A DNA stretch of 57,898 nucleotides, the filler included, from Squatina squatina (taxonomy: Eukaryota): assembly GCA_031763465.1 (NCBI GenBank). It is 3 parts of 3 records of this genome, joined end to end, with 100 filler letters (N's around TTAATTAATTAA, not from the genome) between each part and the next. Parts side by side here need not be neighbours in the genome. Positions count along the whole stretch, not along the records: positions 27,788 to 57,898 come from JARFOE010000080.1; 2 more parts are not named here. The stretch is one strand, 5' to 3'. The notes beneath the pieces are model-generated. The model did not search any database, was not told the DNA's origin, and worked only from the letters and a program-made list of their open reading frames with translations. Both the position numbers and the translations under genes were made by a program. Of this stretch, positions 34,577 to 49,200 are shown in pieces (the stretch's first letter is position 1; every line of letters starts with the position of its first letter).

Positions 34577-37500
34577 GTGAGTCTTGTTTTTTGAACATTA
34601 TCATTGTAGAATTAATCTAATTAGACTTAATAGGTACAGCAGCTTGAGGAACATTTGCAGNNNNNNNNNNNNNNNNNNNNNNNNNNNNNNNNNNNNNNNN
34701 NNNNNNNNNNNNNNNNNNNNNNNNNNNNNNNNNNNNNNNNNNNNNNNNNNNNNNNNNNNNGAACACAGCTTGTGCCGTTCAGAGCTCCCACTTAACCATG
34801 ACATTTAATTTCACCTAAGGAAGTACTTTCATGGAATAATTTAGTAGCGAGTACTACAAAGATGGATTGTAACAGTGAAGGTTTAGAAGCTTCCCATATT
34901 CTCAAGGTAGCCTTTAAATTGGCATCTGATGAAAAGAGAAGCTGCTGTTCCCATTGGCTCGTGAGCAATGGTGCTGCATCCATAATGCTACATCAAGTAT
35001 TGAGATGAAATCCATGAATATTGCTTGTCAGCTTGTTCTCCTCAAAACACTTTGTAAATTCTAACTCTGTGAATGGAATATTTTATATATTTAAACTATA
35101 AGAATATGAGAGGTCATTCATGTCACTAATGAATATTTTTTGAGAGCTGTTGAGCAAAAAGCAGCTGACTTCTATAATAATCGTGATACATTGAGGTATC
35201 TTGTGATCAGCGAAATAGTTCACCTCTGTGACCTGCCTGTCCAGCTGTTGTCTGGAACAATTATTAGTGGGATTTAGTTTCTGTATGAGCTGCACTGCAC
35301 TGGTTCCCGATGAAGAACTTTAATGAGCCCGAGTGAATGCAGATTGATGAAGGTTAAGTAGATACAAATGTTCTCTTTCCACATTCTTCTTCACCATTTC
35401 AAATCCAGGCGTCATGCCCTAACGAGATCATGCAAACAAGTAGCGCTGATTGACAGTTTTTGATTTAATAATGAAAGATGTCGAATAATGCAGTGTTCAG
35501 CATTTCCAACTAAATAATTGGCTTGCATATGTTGATAAGTCAGCAGTGCCACTGACCTTGGATGTATTGGAGAACTGCAGCTGCAATATTGTTTGTGGCG
35601 ATGGTCTTTTTTTTAACCTTTGTGCAAAATCTGTTGCNNNNNNNNNNNNNNNNNNNNNNNNNNNNNNNNNNNNNNNNNNNNNNNNNNNNNNNNNNNNNNN
35701 NNNNNNNNNNNNNNNNNNNNNNNNNNNNNNNNNNNNNACTTGCATTGATCAATTAAAGCCTTGGGTCAATGTCAGAATTGGGTATTTAAATTTTATTCAT
35801 CTTATTGGGTGCTTCCAGCAGCCAAGGTCCCTAAATTGCTCCTGTTCACACAGATTCAGAGTGCAAAGCCTATTCACAGCACAAATTACTCATAAACACT
35901 TTAAAGCTGTTTCTCAACCACAGAATGGTGTTGCTCAATCCTCCTCCTTCCATATTGCGCGAGACATTTGAGTTGTATGTGACCAAATCCAAAAAGTAGC
36001 TGAGTGAAAGACACTGACTTAGCCATTCCTGAGNNNNNNNNNNTGCAAGGCTATATTCTGTATCAGCACCCAAAGCTGGGTTAAAATTATCTGTTTGTTG
36101 TCCAGCTAATTTGGAGTTGGAAGGTGCCAAAGCAAGAACATGGTCTGACTCAACTCCTCAAAAAAGGAACTCAACCAGCACCGTGTTCAGAATAGAATTT
36201 GCCACACAACTTCTAACAGTAAGGTTCCAATCAATTTCCCAGGTCCTAGGCAAAAATAACACTTGAACCAGTTGGTTGAACCAAGACTGTTCCAGATGCT
36301 GACATGGCAACTTTGTCTCAATCCCTTATTAGTTAAATATGGGTGTCAATTAATGACCATTCACTGAGGCAATGGCTCCGAGTCACAGGATGCGTCCCAT
36401 CAAAATCATCATCAGTGATGATCATGAATTGTTGGCAATAATCAAGGATCTCATGTTGGGCATAGTTCAACCTGTCCATTCTTCACAATAGTTTCAGCAG
36501 CTGGTAAGCCAACACTGAGTCTGGCCATTGTTTGAGCCAACGCCACAGGACAGTTTCAGTTGAGACTTCTCCACCTTCTTCGCCCCAGCTACGCACAGCT
36601 CTGCTAAAAGTTCAGGCCCCGAGAGTTACCGCCCCCAAATGGGGCACGGGGCAATTTCGGCCCCCTTGTCCAGATTTCATTTACTTAATTCAATGCTCAG
36701 TGTGCATACTTGCCCTGCAAACCATGTTGATCGCCCCAACTCCATATGGGATGCACCAGCCTTCCCTTCTTTCAAGTGTCCTGGATTCTCCTATCTATCT
36801 CCTATGTAGAATTCCATTATCTTGTTGGAGTTTGAATTATTTCTCAGCTATAACAAAAGTGAACAAGGCAGTTCCCTCCCCTGGCCTTGGAGCAGAGCCT
36901 GTTACTTCATCTGTAATGGATATGTCCATGATTCTCACATAGACAAAGTATATCCACGTTAATAATCCTGTGTTTTGTTGAAGGGGTCCAAAATCTATCA
37001 CGTTTAAGGGAAAATGGTGTACTCTCGAGGTTCATTAAAACTCTACCTGATTATTATTACATGGAGAAACTTTCATGGCTTTGTAAACATAACTGTCTGT
37101 TCAGGACACGCTTTTTCACTTCTCCATTTTTAATATCAAATCGTAGGATTATCAATTTTTTGTGCTACTCTGATATAGTCCTATTGTATGTGACCGTTAC
37201 ATAAATGAAGAATGTAAAATTACATACTTTTGGTATAACATTCCTGATTCTATGAAGGTAGTTCCTCTTCTGCATCTTGCTGAACGTGAGTCCATGCAGC
37301 TGAATGTTGTATTTACGTGTATAATTTTCTCCTTCATTAACCTGGTCTCCTCTGCTCCTATCTTCAAAGAAGCGACAAAGGAAAGCTAGAACAAGGCAAT
37401 TTATATGAAGTGGGAGCAAAGGAGTATGGATCTAGTGGAGTAAAATTCTTAAACTAGCAGTGCACCGTGATTCTCTCCCTCATCTTTCCTTCACCGCCCT

Positions 37501-39775
37501 CATTCCAACTTTGGCTTGTGTTGTTTGTATACGGAGGATGAGCTCATTAAAATAAGGAGGAACACCATGCCGAAGACGGGCAATCACTTTTGACTCAATG
37601 TTTTTGTTTTTACAGCTTCTGCTGACATTTCTGATGCAGAGTTATTATAATTATTGAACTACATTCCACTTTAATATTTTGTTACATTTATAAAATCTGA
37701 CACTTGTATTTTGTGAATAGTTGGACCTGAATCACATACAATGCAATAGGTTTTAGCAATAGAAAATCATTACAGTCTACAGAAACAGTTAAAGATAATG
37801 CAGAGTTTGTTGCTGCATATGGATTCTCGTGAATTTAAATCAAAAGCTCATCATAGTGAGATAAATAAGTCAAGCAAGCTTTTTTACAAAACAATGTACA
37901 TTGTTGTGAAATAATATTTGAAGGATCATCAATAATAAGCCATGGTTGGATTAATTTCCTACTGTTTTAAATAGAGCATGCAGGATGAATCTTAGAGGCA
38001 TCTGAACCATTTGTGGCTTTTTAACCTGAAAACCTTTATTGGAGGGTTTAAGAAGTTGGTATGTATGACAGAGAATGTTGGTGTTTTCTCTTGGGATTTC
38101 ATATCAAAGTCATACAGAAAAATGAAACACCACATCACTTTTGCTACAAAATCCTGTGCAACACCAGAATTGATATCTTTAAAGGATTCAGGGTGTCAGA
38201 GGGGTTTACCTCAAAGCTTCAGGCCCAATGTTCATTTGATTTGTTTCAGATATAATACATAGAAAAGTCACAATAGGGGATTACAGTACATTCATCTGCA
38301 GCATTGATGCTTCCATCAACAGTTACCTGTCAGAAACTGCATTAGGTTTAGGCCCCTCCTAATGCTTTCAGCACAGAACAGAGATAAGAATATAAAAGAT
38401 GTGCTTTAGAAAACGTTGCTTTTCAACTGTACACAATTGCTGANNNNNNNNNNACAACAACTATTGAAAATTCTCAACCAGATGCACATGCACTTTGAAA
38501 GAAGATGGAAAGTTGCATGCTTTGCAGAATAGAATAATTCTGAATATGTAGCAAGAGTTGTGATAACCACCTCAGGATGTGCTATTTGTAATCCCACTGA
38601 TCTTGAATCATCAAATGAAAAATGTCAGCCTAAAAACTTGCCAAATAAACGCTAAAAAAGTAGTGTCATTTTATCAACATTTGGCTTTTTCATGCCAATA
38701 CCTTGCAATCAGTGATGTTACACCTCTGTGTGTTCTTTGCCTGGAGACCTCATTTAATTTATTTTGTGTCTTTTTAGATTTAAATCCTGTATCTACAACT
38801 CAAATTATCCTCAGCACTTAGAATAAACATCACATTAACTTCAAAATATATTTTGGCACATTTGCAACAGAGCAAAATAAAAAACTCTTCGTCATTTGGA
38901 TCAGACTGCATTACAATGGCGTAGCTGGAAAAATATATGTCCTACTCTGATCTTTGAGGTTTAAATCATTTTTTAATTTTCATATGGTATAAGTTGCACA
39001 TTGTTAAAGCAAGAAAAATTACTATTTTGGAGATGTGGTCTATCTGTACCATAGTTCACCTCAGTGTGTAGCAATTTGCAGTTTGTGCATGAACCATTCA
39101 TATTTATTTATATAATGGGTTGCACAGTGTAATCCATTATGGATTGCAGTAGATTTTTTCATACTTACTGCAAAGTTAAATAGAGGATTTGCAAATGAAT
39201 AATGTAAAGACCATTGAATATATATTCTATTCAGTGGTTGCCTGCTGTCTGTAATTTGAGCAATGTTATTTATCTNNNNNNNNNNNNNNNNNNNNNNNNN
39301 NNNNNNNNNNNNNNNNNNNNNNNNNNNNNNNNNNNNNNNNNNNNNNNNNNNNNNNNNNNNNNNNNNNNNNNNNNNCCGAACCCGCTCACTCCCCCCTTCT
39401 TAACCTGCGTTTTGGAATTGTTGAGCCACGCAACCAACGCCCTGTTACTATTGCTCAAAAATGCCCTTCCTAATAGTTCCTCCTTTTGTATGGATTATAG
39501 CAGTGAACACAGTAATTTACAACAGTATGTTATTTATTGCAGATACTTATGCAGTAGAGGCCTGTCGGTGTGACTTCTGCACTGATGCACTCTTAAGTGT
39601 TGGTATTCGCACTGGTGCAATCAATGTACTGTTTTGTTTTTGAAGCATATGCTGGCATCTATATCAGTATAAGATAAACCTATTTGTAGTTTGGTGATGT
39701 GCACTACAAACAGAAAATGGGTGGAACTAATGTTTTGAAATACAAGAATAAAATATACTCATTTGTATCTCGCAG

Positions 39776-39868
39776 GCAAAAAAGATGAAGAATGTGAAGA
39801 GAAAAAAAACATCAAGAAGAGAATTAAAGAACTTAAAGTCTTAGACACAAAGATAGCGCAGAACCTCT
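39776..39868 (+). CDS. DIAPH3: DIAPH3 exon, FH2 domain
   Basis: tatctcgcag|...|gtaagt; KKDEECEEKKNIKKRIKELKVLDTKIAQNL(S). Confidence 0.93.
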
Positions 39869-39891
39869 GTAAGTGTGAGACTATTATTTAG

Positions 39892-40077
<186 letters not shown>

Positions 40078-41383
40078 TAAATTTTGTTTAATAGGTCCTG
40101 AGCTCACCCTCAACCTTATCTGAGGGCATAATTGGTTGGTACTTAATACATGGTTGATTCACACACTGATTATTTATACAAAGCATTACTTTCTATAGCC
40201 TTTAGGTTTTATAAAGACTTTTGAAACCATATTAGAATGAGATTGCATCTATTCATAGTCCTCTTGGACTCGCGTGTACTGGCTGAGTTAAAAAATGATA
40301 ATAAAAGAAACTCATGTTAGCAATCAACAATACTGGTGGTTAATTTCATCTCAATTGTAGTAATTGCTTGTTAAAAATTCTAATTGTATAGAATAGATCT
40401 GATGATAATTGTAGCCCAAGAGTCAAGTTGCTATAACTTGGCAAATGAAAATATAATGCACTATATCAGTCATTATTAAAGTGTCACATTCTCATAAATG
40501 GTATTAATTTTTACTCTATTAAAGAATCAAGATATAGATGGTGCCAAAGCACAAATATTGGAAAATATTTTAAAAACACATATATTGTGCATTTGAATTA
40601 TATATAATTAAATTCTTAATTAAAGTTCCGCCAGCGTTATTGAGTCTTGATTTTTCCGTACTGAAAGATGCCCATCAAAGGTTTATTAAGTAGGAATATG
40701 GCGACCTGAGTCTTGCTGAACCCTGTCCTGCTCACGCTACTGGTCAGACCCCCAGTCTCACAAACCTTAACACAGGAGCGGAGCGGCGCACCGTGTAAAT
40801 ACTGCACACCTTATTATCTCTGGCATTTCACTCGCCCGCACCGATAAATCTGCATGCACCTTTCATGCAGCGCCAACTAATCTTTGGGACCGGCTGTCAC
40901 CATAACAAGCAAGGGCATCACCTGATTTATAGTGACTGGAGGAATCTGATTATAGATCGAGTCGAATTGGCGTTTTCGCAGTGACAATAAAGTCTAACAC
41001 TTGGCATCGCGAAAGAAACAGGCGAAACTCGAAAATCGCCAACCTGTTTGAGCTGCAGCTGCAAAAAGAAATGTACATTCGTGTTTCAAAACAGCAGCGC
41101 AAACTGTCTCAAATAAACTGCAATAACTTCACCCTCCCGACGTACAATTCGCTCAACTATTTCCTGTTTACAAAATAACACCGCTCCCAAGTGAAACAAA
41201 CGCCATGTGCAGACATAAGTATAAATATATATATATATAAAACAGAAACAGCAACAACTCAGTAAAAGCATACGCAGACTGCTNNNNNNNNNNNNNNNNN
41301 NNNNNNNNNNNNNNNNNNNNNNNNNNNNNNNNNNNNNNNNNNNNNNNNNNNNNNNNNNNNNNNNNNNNNNNNNNNNNNNNNNN

Positions 41384-41497
41384 AAGAGTAAAGGCTTTGG
41401 CAAGCTGCTGGAACTGGTGCTGCTAATAGGAAACTACATGAATGCTGGGTCTCGAAACGCTCAAACATATGGCTTCAACATCAACTTCCTATGCAAA
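41384..41497 (+). CDS. DIAPH3: DIAPH3 exon (5' part lost in gap), FH2 post region
   Basis: KSKGFGKLLELVLLIGNYMNAGSRNAQTYGFNINFLCK|gtgagt, containing the FH2 GNYMN signature. Confidence 0.94.
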
Positions 41498-42055
41498 GTG
41501 AGTCCATGTCGCAAAGATTCAGTCAGAACCACTAAAGTGAATAACTTCTCTGTAATGCAGTACTATACAGACTTATCAGGATTACGCAGGTAAAACTGCA
41601 GTTTATTGTAGAATATCCTCCCCTGCACTGCCCAAATAAATCTGTGAAAAGTAATAGAACGTACATACTTACGACAAAGATAATGAGCTGGAATTTGCTG
41701 GAGCAGTGCATCTCATGACCTGCCTAGTTAGTTAGGCTTTTTCCGACACCCTTCAGCTCAATAATATTTGTCCTGTAGGTTGCTCGAAGTGCGAGCTGGT
41801 AACGACGCAGCGAGAGCAACAGGGCATTTGGAACCCTGGTGAACAATGGGACAAACAGTGGATCATCTTAACCACTGAGAATAAAGGATTGAGAAATAAA
41901 CAGGAAGGACTGAGAAGGAGGGTGAATTTGAGTGGGTGAATCCAATGTTATGTCANNNNNNNNNNNNNNNNNNNNNNNNNNNNNNNNNNNNNNNNNNNNN
42001 NNNNNNNNNNNNNNNNNNNNNNNNNNNNNNNNNNNNNNNNNNNNNNNNNNNNNNN

Positions 42056-42146
42056 CCAGTATAGGACTATTTAGTCACCTCAGAACCCACAATTCTGGAG
42101 TGGAAGCAAGTCATCCTCAATCCCAAGGAACTGCCTAAGAAGATGA
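42056..42146 (+). mobile_element. RTE LINE extreme 3' end
   Basis: SIGLFSHLRTH...gcctaagaagatga; homologous to 28655-28740. Confidence 0.8.
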
Positions 42147-42149
42147 TTA

Positions 42150-42690
42150 AAAATTAGAAACCAGGTGCACAGGGGACTGGGAAAGGCAGTTAGAGTTAAA
42201 AAATAATTCAGAATTAAGTAGTATCATAGAAAATACAAAGTCTGAGTTAGGTTTGGAGTGCATGTGTGTAAATGCACAAAGTTTGGTTAATAAGGTTGGT
42301 GAGCTGCAGGCGCAGATAGACACATGGGAATGATATAGTGGCAATAACAGAGACCTCGCTCAAAAAAGGAGGATTGGATGCTCAATATTCCTGGGATCAA
42401 GATACTCAAGAAAGATAGGGAAGAGAAAAAGGAGGAGGGGTAGCAGCTTTAATTAAGGAAAATATTACAGTGCTGGAAAGTGACAATGTCCTTGAGGGGT
42501 CAAAGATAGAATCTATTTGGTTGGAGTCAAGAAACAATAAAGGAGCTATTATGACACTTGGTGTATTTTATAGGCCACCAAATAGTGGGAAGGAGATAGA
42601 GGAGTAGATTTGCAGGAGAATTACTGGGAGGTGTATGAACTCTATAGTAGTGATAATGGGAGACTTTAACTACCCTAACATTGAATGGGG
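42150..42690 (+). mobile_element. CR1 ORF2 AP-endonuclease region, decayed
   Basis: CVNAQSLVNK...KGGGVAALIKE...ESIWLE...LGVFYRPPNSG...VVIMGDFNYPNIEW. Confidence 0.88.
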
Positions 42691-44252
42691 CAAGAACATA
42701 AGAAATAGGAGCNNNNNNNNNNNNNNNNNNNNNNNNNNNNNNNNNNNNNNNNNNNNNNNNNNNNNNNNNNNNNNNNNNNNNNNNNNNNNNNNNNNNNNNN
42801 NNNNNNNNNNNNATATCATTCCATCACCCTGGTTATAAGAGCAGTGGATGAGGAGAGGGGGGGAAACTGAAGTGTGGCTTAACTAAAAACAATAGCATTA
42901 GCATAGAAAAGGATCTTTCCACATGCATTTTACAGACTTATTTTGAGGTATGATTAATTGTTATCATATCAAACTGGTTTCCAAATGATTCTTAGCAGTA
43001 ATACAGAGCTCAGTGCTGGAATGGTAGATCAGCTCCTGCATTAAAAACCAAGACAATCAAAGCCCTTTAGGTAAATACAAATTGCTTCTTTGCAGGATAT
43101 TAGTATGCAGTGACTCGTTTTTTTCACCTGTGCCCTTGAAGATCTCTGCAGGGAATACTAATCGATTAGTTTGATTTTATCGGTGTGTAAAGAACCTTAT
43201 AATGCTGTTAACATGGAGGAAATATATTGTAACATAATTGAAAAATCAATCATTGTGGCATCTCTTTTGTCACACACTTTGAAAACATGGGCAGCGACCA
43301 ACAGAAGTAGCACTGAATTATTCTGAATTATCTGTTTACACTTTAATCCAGAGCTTTTTAATAGCATTACTTTAAAAATTGGAATTCACATAGTAAGATT
43401 TACTAAATTTGTCCAGACCTAGAAAAATATCATTAACTTGTCACACGGNNNNNNNNNNNNNNNNNNNNNNNNNNNNNNNNNNNNNNNNNNNNNNNNNNNN
43501 NNNNNNNNNNNNNNNNNNNNNNNNNNNNNNNNNNNNNNNNNNNNNNNNATGACAGATGATCTCATGAGACAATGATTTCATTTAAAATGAAGTACAGTTA
43601 ATAAAGGTCAACAATGTTCTCAACCTTTCACAGGTGATTCATTTAGATAAAGCCTTTGTTTTTGGGGATAAGGCTGCCTGTCTGTAAAACAAAGTGCCAA
43701 TACTGGAATTATTAGTTTTTGAGATGTATTAAAGAATGATTGATTGCATTAATGCCAGTCTCATCATCTCTGTGAAACTAGTGAAGTGGAGAGAGAACAG
43801 GACAAGAATATGACATAAATAGTAGATTACATTGACCTTTATTTCTGATCTGCAGAATAAGTCTTCTTTTCATTTTCCATGACCGTTGTTCAATCAATGC
43901 TGCAGTCTATTAGCAGCAGAGCTCCTCAACATGCAAAAACTAGCACCCAGTTCTAGTTGTTATGCATCTCATTGTGTGACAAAATCTGTGCAATGTAGCT
44001 GCTGATCTTCCTCACTGAAAGCAGTGGTTACAGGTGAATCAATTCAACTTTGGTCTTTATTTATTGGCTCTGAGAAAATCTAAAACGTGACTAATCTTGG
44101 TAAAAAGAAAGCTGATTTATGACTAAGTTAAAGGCTTGTCTAGTTCTGAAATTGCTGGTTTTAGTCATGACATAGTGGTCTTTCCCTGTTCTCTTTGACA
44201 TTGCTATGGTAACCCTCTGGGCTGATAGAATTCCCTCAATCCTTTTCCACAG

Positions 44253-44348
44253 AGGGTGATGAGACAGGAGTGATGGATAGCCTACTGGAGGCCCTGCAGT
44301 CAGGTGCTGCATTCAGAGACCGAAGAAAACGGACACCAAGACCTAAAG
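44253..44348 (+). CDS. DIAPH3: DIAPH3 exon, DAD autoregulatory domain
   Basis: ttttccacag|...|gtgagt; (E)GDETGVMDSLLEALQSGAAFRDRRKRTPRPK(D), with the MDxLLEAL motif and basic RRKR. Confidence 0.96.
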
Positions 44349-44808
44349 GTGAGTGCAGTACCTATTTGATGTTATTTCCAAGCGAGTTAAAGCACGTAGT
44401 GCTCATTCTGTTCCCCAGAAAAGAGTCTAAAATAGAGACATAGTGCTGTGGGGCACAGAACCTGGCAATGCCAGGAGCATACTTCATCTTTTCCTTCTGA
44501 TGGCTCATGTCAGGAAGATGTTAATTCTACTTGGCTGTTGTCAGTACATGTTTGCGAATTAATGCTGTGAAGTAAACTTTGTGTGCTCATTATGACAAGT
44601 TTTATGTTCAGAAGCATATGCAGCTCATTTCTGTTGCCTTAATGCAATTAACTATCAAAAATCATAAAGTCTCACAAGGAGTGAAGCATTTAATGTATGT
44701 GCCTGCTATTTGTAACCACCAACGGGATATCCTAAAAAATATACATTTTTCCATATTTTGGACACATGCTTTACTATTAATTTAGTCTCTGTGTCATGGC
44801 TCTTACAG

Positions 44809-44868
44809 ATACTCGGCAAAGTACAAGTCCAAGTTCACAGTGGCCTGTTTTGAAGGCTTGGAACCAGG
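44809..44868 (+). CDS. DIAPH3: DIAPH3 exon after the DAD (likely penultimate)
   Basis: ctcttacag|...|gtaaaa, 60 nt; (D)TRQSTSPSSQWPVLKAWNQ resembles the DIAPH3 post-DAD segment; phase-compatible with the DAD exon. Confidence 0.85.
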
Positions 44869-45711
44869 GTAAAAATTGACATTCTAATATGCATGCTTCT
44901 TTCTTTGCTTGTGCCTAATTCAGCTGGTTTAGTTACTGGGTTTTTGTATTTTCCACCTATTTTCCTCAAATGAACTACTGTAAATTCCTGTATTTCAATT
45001 TTTGCATAGCCCACTCAAAGCTACCTTTTCTACACATAATAGTGTCAACCAAGTCCAGTAAATACTTTCTTCTGCAGGTGGGCTAAGGAAAACATTTTGA
45101 AGATTTTTAAAGCAAGGTTGTGAGTAAAGCTTTATGAGCTGAAGTATATTATAAGGCTGTTTTCAAACCTCTTCCGACCCCACAAGTACTAAATATTGGT
45201 GAAGTAAGCTTCGTCTTCCAGTCAACAAAGCCCATTTCAAGTTGCATCTTCCAATGATCCAGTTTGGGTCCCGACTTTTTACAAATTTAAAAGTTTTCAA
45301 TTTTTAATTGGATGTTCTATTCATAAGTCTTTGTGAATACTGTGCATCTATAACATTTGTATTACTTCAGATTAATTAAGACAGATTAATGCCAAATATG
45401 ACACAAAGTACTGACAACACCAAAAGTGGAAATATGGTGCGTCCTGTCATTTAGGGACAGAGGACATGGAACCTTCAGGACCAACAATCACAGCACCAAT
45501 ACTAACCTGAAAGTTATTGAAGCTTCAAATTCTAATTTTAATCACTATTTTTAGTTTTTCTTTTATATTTTATGAATTGTTTCTGCCCAGTTATATAAGG
45601 TGGTGTTAGTAAAATTGCTAGTGCTTTAAGTTAATTCTATTACTTCCTTTGTTGAAAATTACATCGAAATATACATCTTTTAGAAAAAAAAATGCTGAGT
45701 AAATTATTTTT

Positions 45712-46206
45712 TTATTCCTTCCAGGATGCGGCATCGCTGTCAAGGCCAGCATTTATTGCCCATCCCTAATTGCCCTTGAGAAGGTGGTGGTAAGCCGCCT
45801 TCTTGGACTGCTGCAGTCCTTGTGGTGAAGGTAATCCCACTGTGCTGTTGGGGAGGGAGTTCCAGCAATTTGACCCAGCGACAAGTCAGGATGATGTGTA
45901 ACTTGGAGGGGATCTTGCAGGTGATGGTGCTCCCATGCGCCTGCTGCCCTTCTCCTTCTAGGTGGTAGAGGCTGTGGGTTTGGGAGGTGCTGCCAAATGC
46001 TTTGGGGAGCCAGGAAGTAAATCACTCGCTGCAGAATACCCAGCCTCTGACCTGCTCTTTTTGTTATGGTATTTATGTGACTGGTCCAGTTAAGTTTCTG
46101 GTCAATGGTGACCCCCAGGATGTTGCTGGTGGGAGATTCGTCGATGATAATGCCGTTGAACATCAAGGGGAGGTGCCTAGTCTTTCGCTTGTTGGAGATA
46201 GTCACT
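45712..46206 (-). mobile_element. CR1/Jockey-superfamily LINE 3' end, internally deleted
   Basis: ILGVTIDQKLNWTSHIN...AGQRLGIL; 3' end gcaattagggatgggcaataaatgctggcc followed by an A-rich tail. Confidence 0.8.
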
Positions 46207-49200
46207 NNNNNNNNNNNNNNNNNNNNNNNNNNNNNNNNNNNNNNNNNNNNNNNNNNNNNNNNNNNNNNNNNNNNNNNNNNNNNNNNNNNNNNNNNNNNNN
46301 NNNNNNACTGAGAATGCTTGCATACAGGCGCAGCATTATGTTATGTCTCTGCTGTTCTTCTTTGCATCAGTATTTTCTTTAACAATTTAGTGAGAAATAT
46401 TAAGTGCCACTGGGCTACTGAATTAACATAACACTACTAGATATGATTTCTGTTTAATTGGCATGAAAATTAAATTTGTACCAAAAGATTGTTGTCCTTT
46501 GATATTTCATTTTGTTCATATTCCCACCAGAGTCTATTTGTCTATAAGAAGAAAGATAAGGTTAACCAAAATGATTATTCTGAAATGGAAATGGTAATTA
46601 GAATGAAAGTAATTAAACCTAGAATTGATTTTCTTTCCCTTGCATTAAGTTAATTCAACTTATAATGTCCTGTCGTTAGTTACTGCACACAACTAAAGGG
46701 TCAGATTCCTTTCAGTATGTGCTTTAAACTTTTTGGGCACCCAATTGGTCTTTTATAAGTTTGTAACACTATGGGACCAATATGTGTAATTTTAGTGCTA
46801 GTTTAGCACTACCCCTTTAAGTCGTGGAATTGGAGTCTTTGAAAAAACATTTCTGGCAGCTTAAAAAATCGTGCTAATTTGAGCGNNNNNNNNNNNNNNN
46901 NNNNNNNNNNNNNNNNNNNNNNNNNNNNNNNNNNNNNNNNNNNNNNNNNNNNNNNNNNNNNNNNNNNNNNNNNNNNNNNNNNNNNTTAAAGAGATTTCCA
47001 CGGGCAAGAGTTGAGAAAATATCGCAACTCTCCGCCCTGGAAACCTCTTTTCCAGCAGAAGCAGATGATCTGTCAAGAGAAATCTTGACAGATTGCAAGT
47101 TCCGGATCTGCGGGCACGCGCAGTGCAGCCCGAGATTCGGAATTTGCGAGGTCCCCCCGGGTGTGTGGGAACATTGTAAGCACCCGGGCGGGTCGCAATT
47201 TCAGGCCCATAATCTGCCTGTTAATGCAAGTTGGTTGCTCATGACAACTATATTTACAAAATGTTACTGTGATATAGGGTGTAATGTTACTATCAACATC
47301 ATAATATCACATCCCTCCATTCTATTAGTTGCTTCCAGTTCCCTGACTTTATTTCTAATGTATCAAGGATTCTTTTATACTGCAACTTTGGTGATTTCCA
47401 CTTGGCACCAATGGCAAAAGTTGTAGTGTAAATCTGGAGATGGGATTTCATCTGTTCTGTGGGTTTATTCTTGTTTAATCCTTTTCTATATACTTATTAC
47501 TTATGTATATGTGTTTCAGTCATGCTTTACCCCACTATTAAACATAATGGCAGCCATTAAAATGTTAACTGCAATGTCACATTCTGATCTATTCTTTTGA
47601 AAATGTAATTGCCTGTGGATTTCAATTCCCTCTCTGAAGTCATAAACTTCTCCCAAAAATATCAGATCAATAAGACACAGAGAACCTCCCTTCTCAAAGC
47701 AATATTGAAATTGATTGACGCAAACTAAATTTATCATAAAAATAAATGTAGTTATCAACAAAATAGGCATTACAGCTTTTTAAGGACGTATCGTTTAATT
47801 TTTCACACTCCTGTAAAGTACAGCAATTTATGAGGACTAGAATCCGGTGGTTACTTACAGTATATTTAAAATGCCTTATTGTAATAGTCGCATGATGCTT
47901 AAATGATCAAAAATATCTTTCTATAATGAAGTTTTTTTGGCTGTCTATCAAACTTTGGTGAAATTCTTTGCAAATTACCAGTGAAATGAGGCCCCTGTAG
48001 AGCTGAAAAACCTAGAAGCTGCCAAAATGGTTCAGTGATTTAATGTCGGTGTCCCACAGCTTCAGATGTAATCAGCAGATGCTCCAGTATTAACATAAAT
48101 GTTTTTCTAACCTCAGCTGTCGGAGAGAAATAAAAGCTTCCTATCTGTTTCTGATCAAATTCGTTTTGCTTGCTTTTGCATAATTAACGTCCCTTGATGA
48201 TACCTAACCTTTCTTTCTAATATTGAATGTTGGTCTAGGNNNNNNNNNNNNNNNNCCAGTCTGAACAATCAGCATACAGTATGTGAAGAGAAATTGAAAT
48301 AGATTTTACCCAATCTCCTCATTTCTAATAATTAGCATTCTGTGCATGAATTGCAGAAGCGAACGACATAGTGTTATTTTTCTTCCTCCACCACATGCAA
48401 TGTGCCATTTCATAAGGTCATTTCTGTTATGTTCTTCCAGCTAACATTTTACTGTTTGAAGCATTACATTATTCTGATTCAGTTCTGAGCAACTCTTGAG
48501 ACAAAGAATTGTGGAGTTCTACAGTTAAGTAATCTTCAGAATACCAAACGGAAGCCTTCATTTAAAAAATGTCTACACAAGGTCCAGCTGACTACTTTAC
48601 ATTGGTATTTTGCAGTGTTGATATCGCCACCTCAATACTTTTAATATCTTGTTTTTTTTCTACAAAACTAATTTGGGAAAATTCAATATAAGGTACCTCG
48701 AGAGAACACAAGATGAACAAACTGGTAATAAATGTTAAAACATGGATACGTAAACTTTAATATGTTACTGTGTGCAGATAGCTCATCTGGAACACTTGCG
48801 TTTCCTTCCTGCCTGAATACACTGTAGTAAATGCAAAGTCGTGGGCTATGTTGAGGTTGTGGGTGGAGTTCTGCTGCAATATACTGGCAGACAGCAATAC
48901 ATCACAGTCCAATATATCATGTCACCCCCGACTGGCTAATGCTGTTTCTCAAAAATGGGTTCTAAAATACTGATAGCCAGCAAAGCCACTAGGTTTTGGT
49001 AAAAGCATTTAATAACACTTCTCACCCACACATACTCTGACTGACGGAAGTGTACATACCTATCTTTTAAGCAGTTTAAGTGGTTGGAGTGAGCGCTTTG
49101 AGTGACAGCTGACTAGTCTGTAGACAAGAAGTAAAGCAATGACTGTTTCATGAGTGAGGGCCAGTTTCACACAATTTTCCTGAGGGAGTTTTTTCAACAA

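Noticed and set aside
37600-37660. Strong acceptor tttttgtttttacag inside DIAPH3
   Set aside because: No DIAPH3-like peptide or good donor follows.
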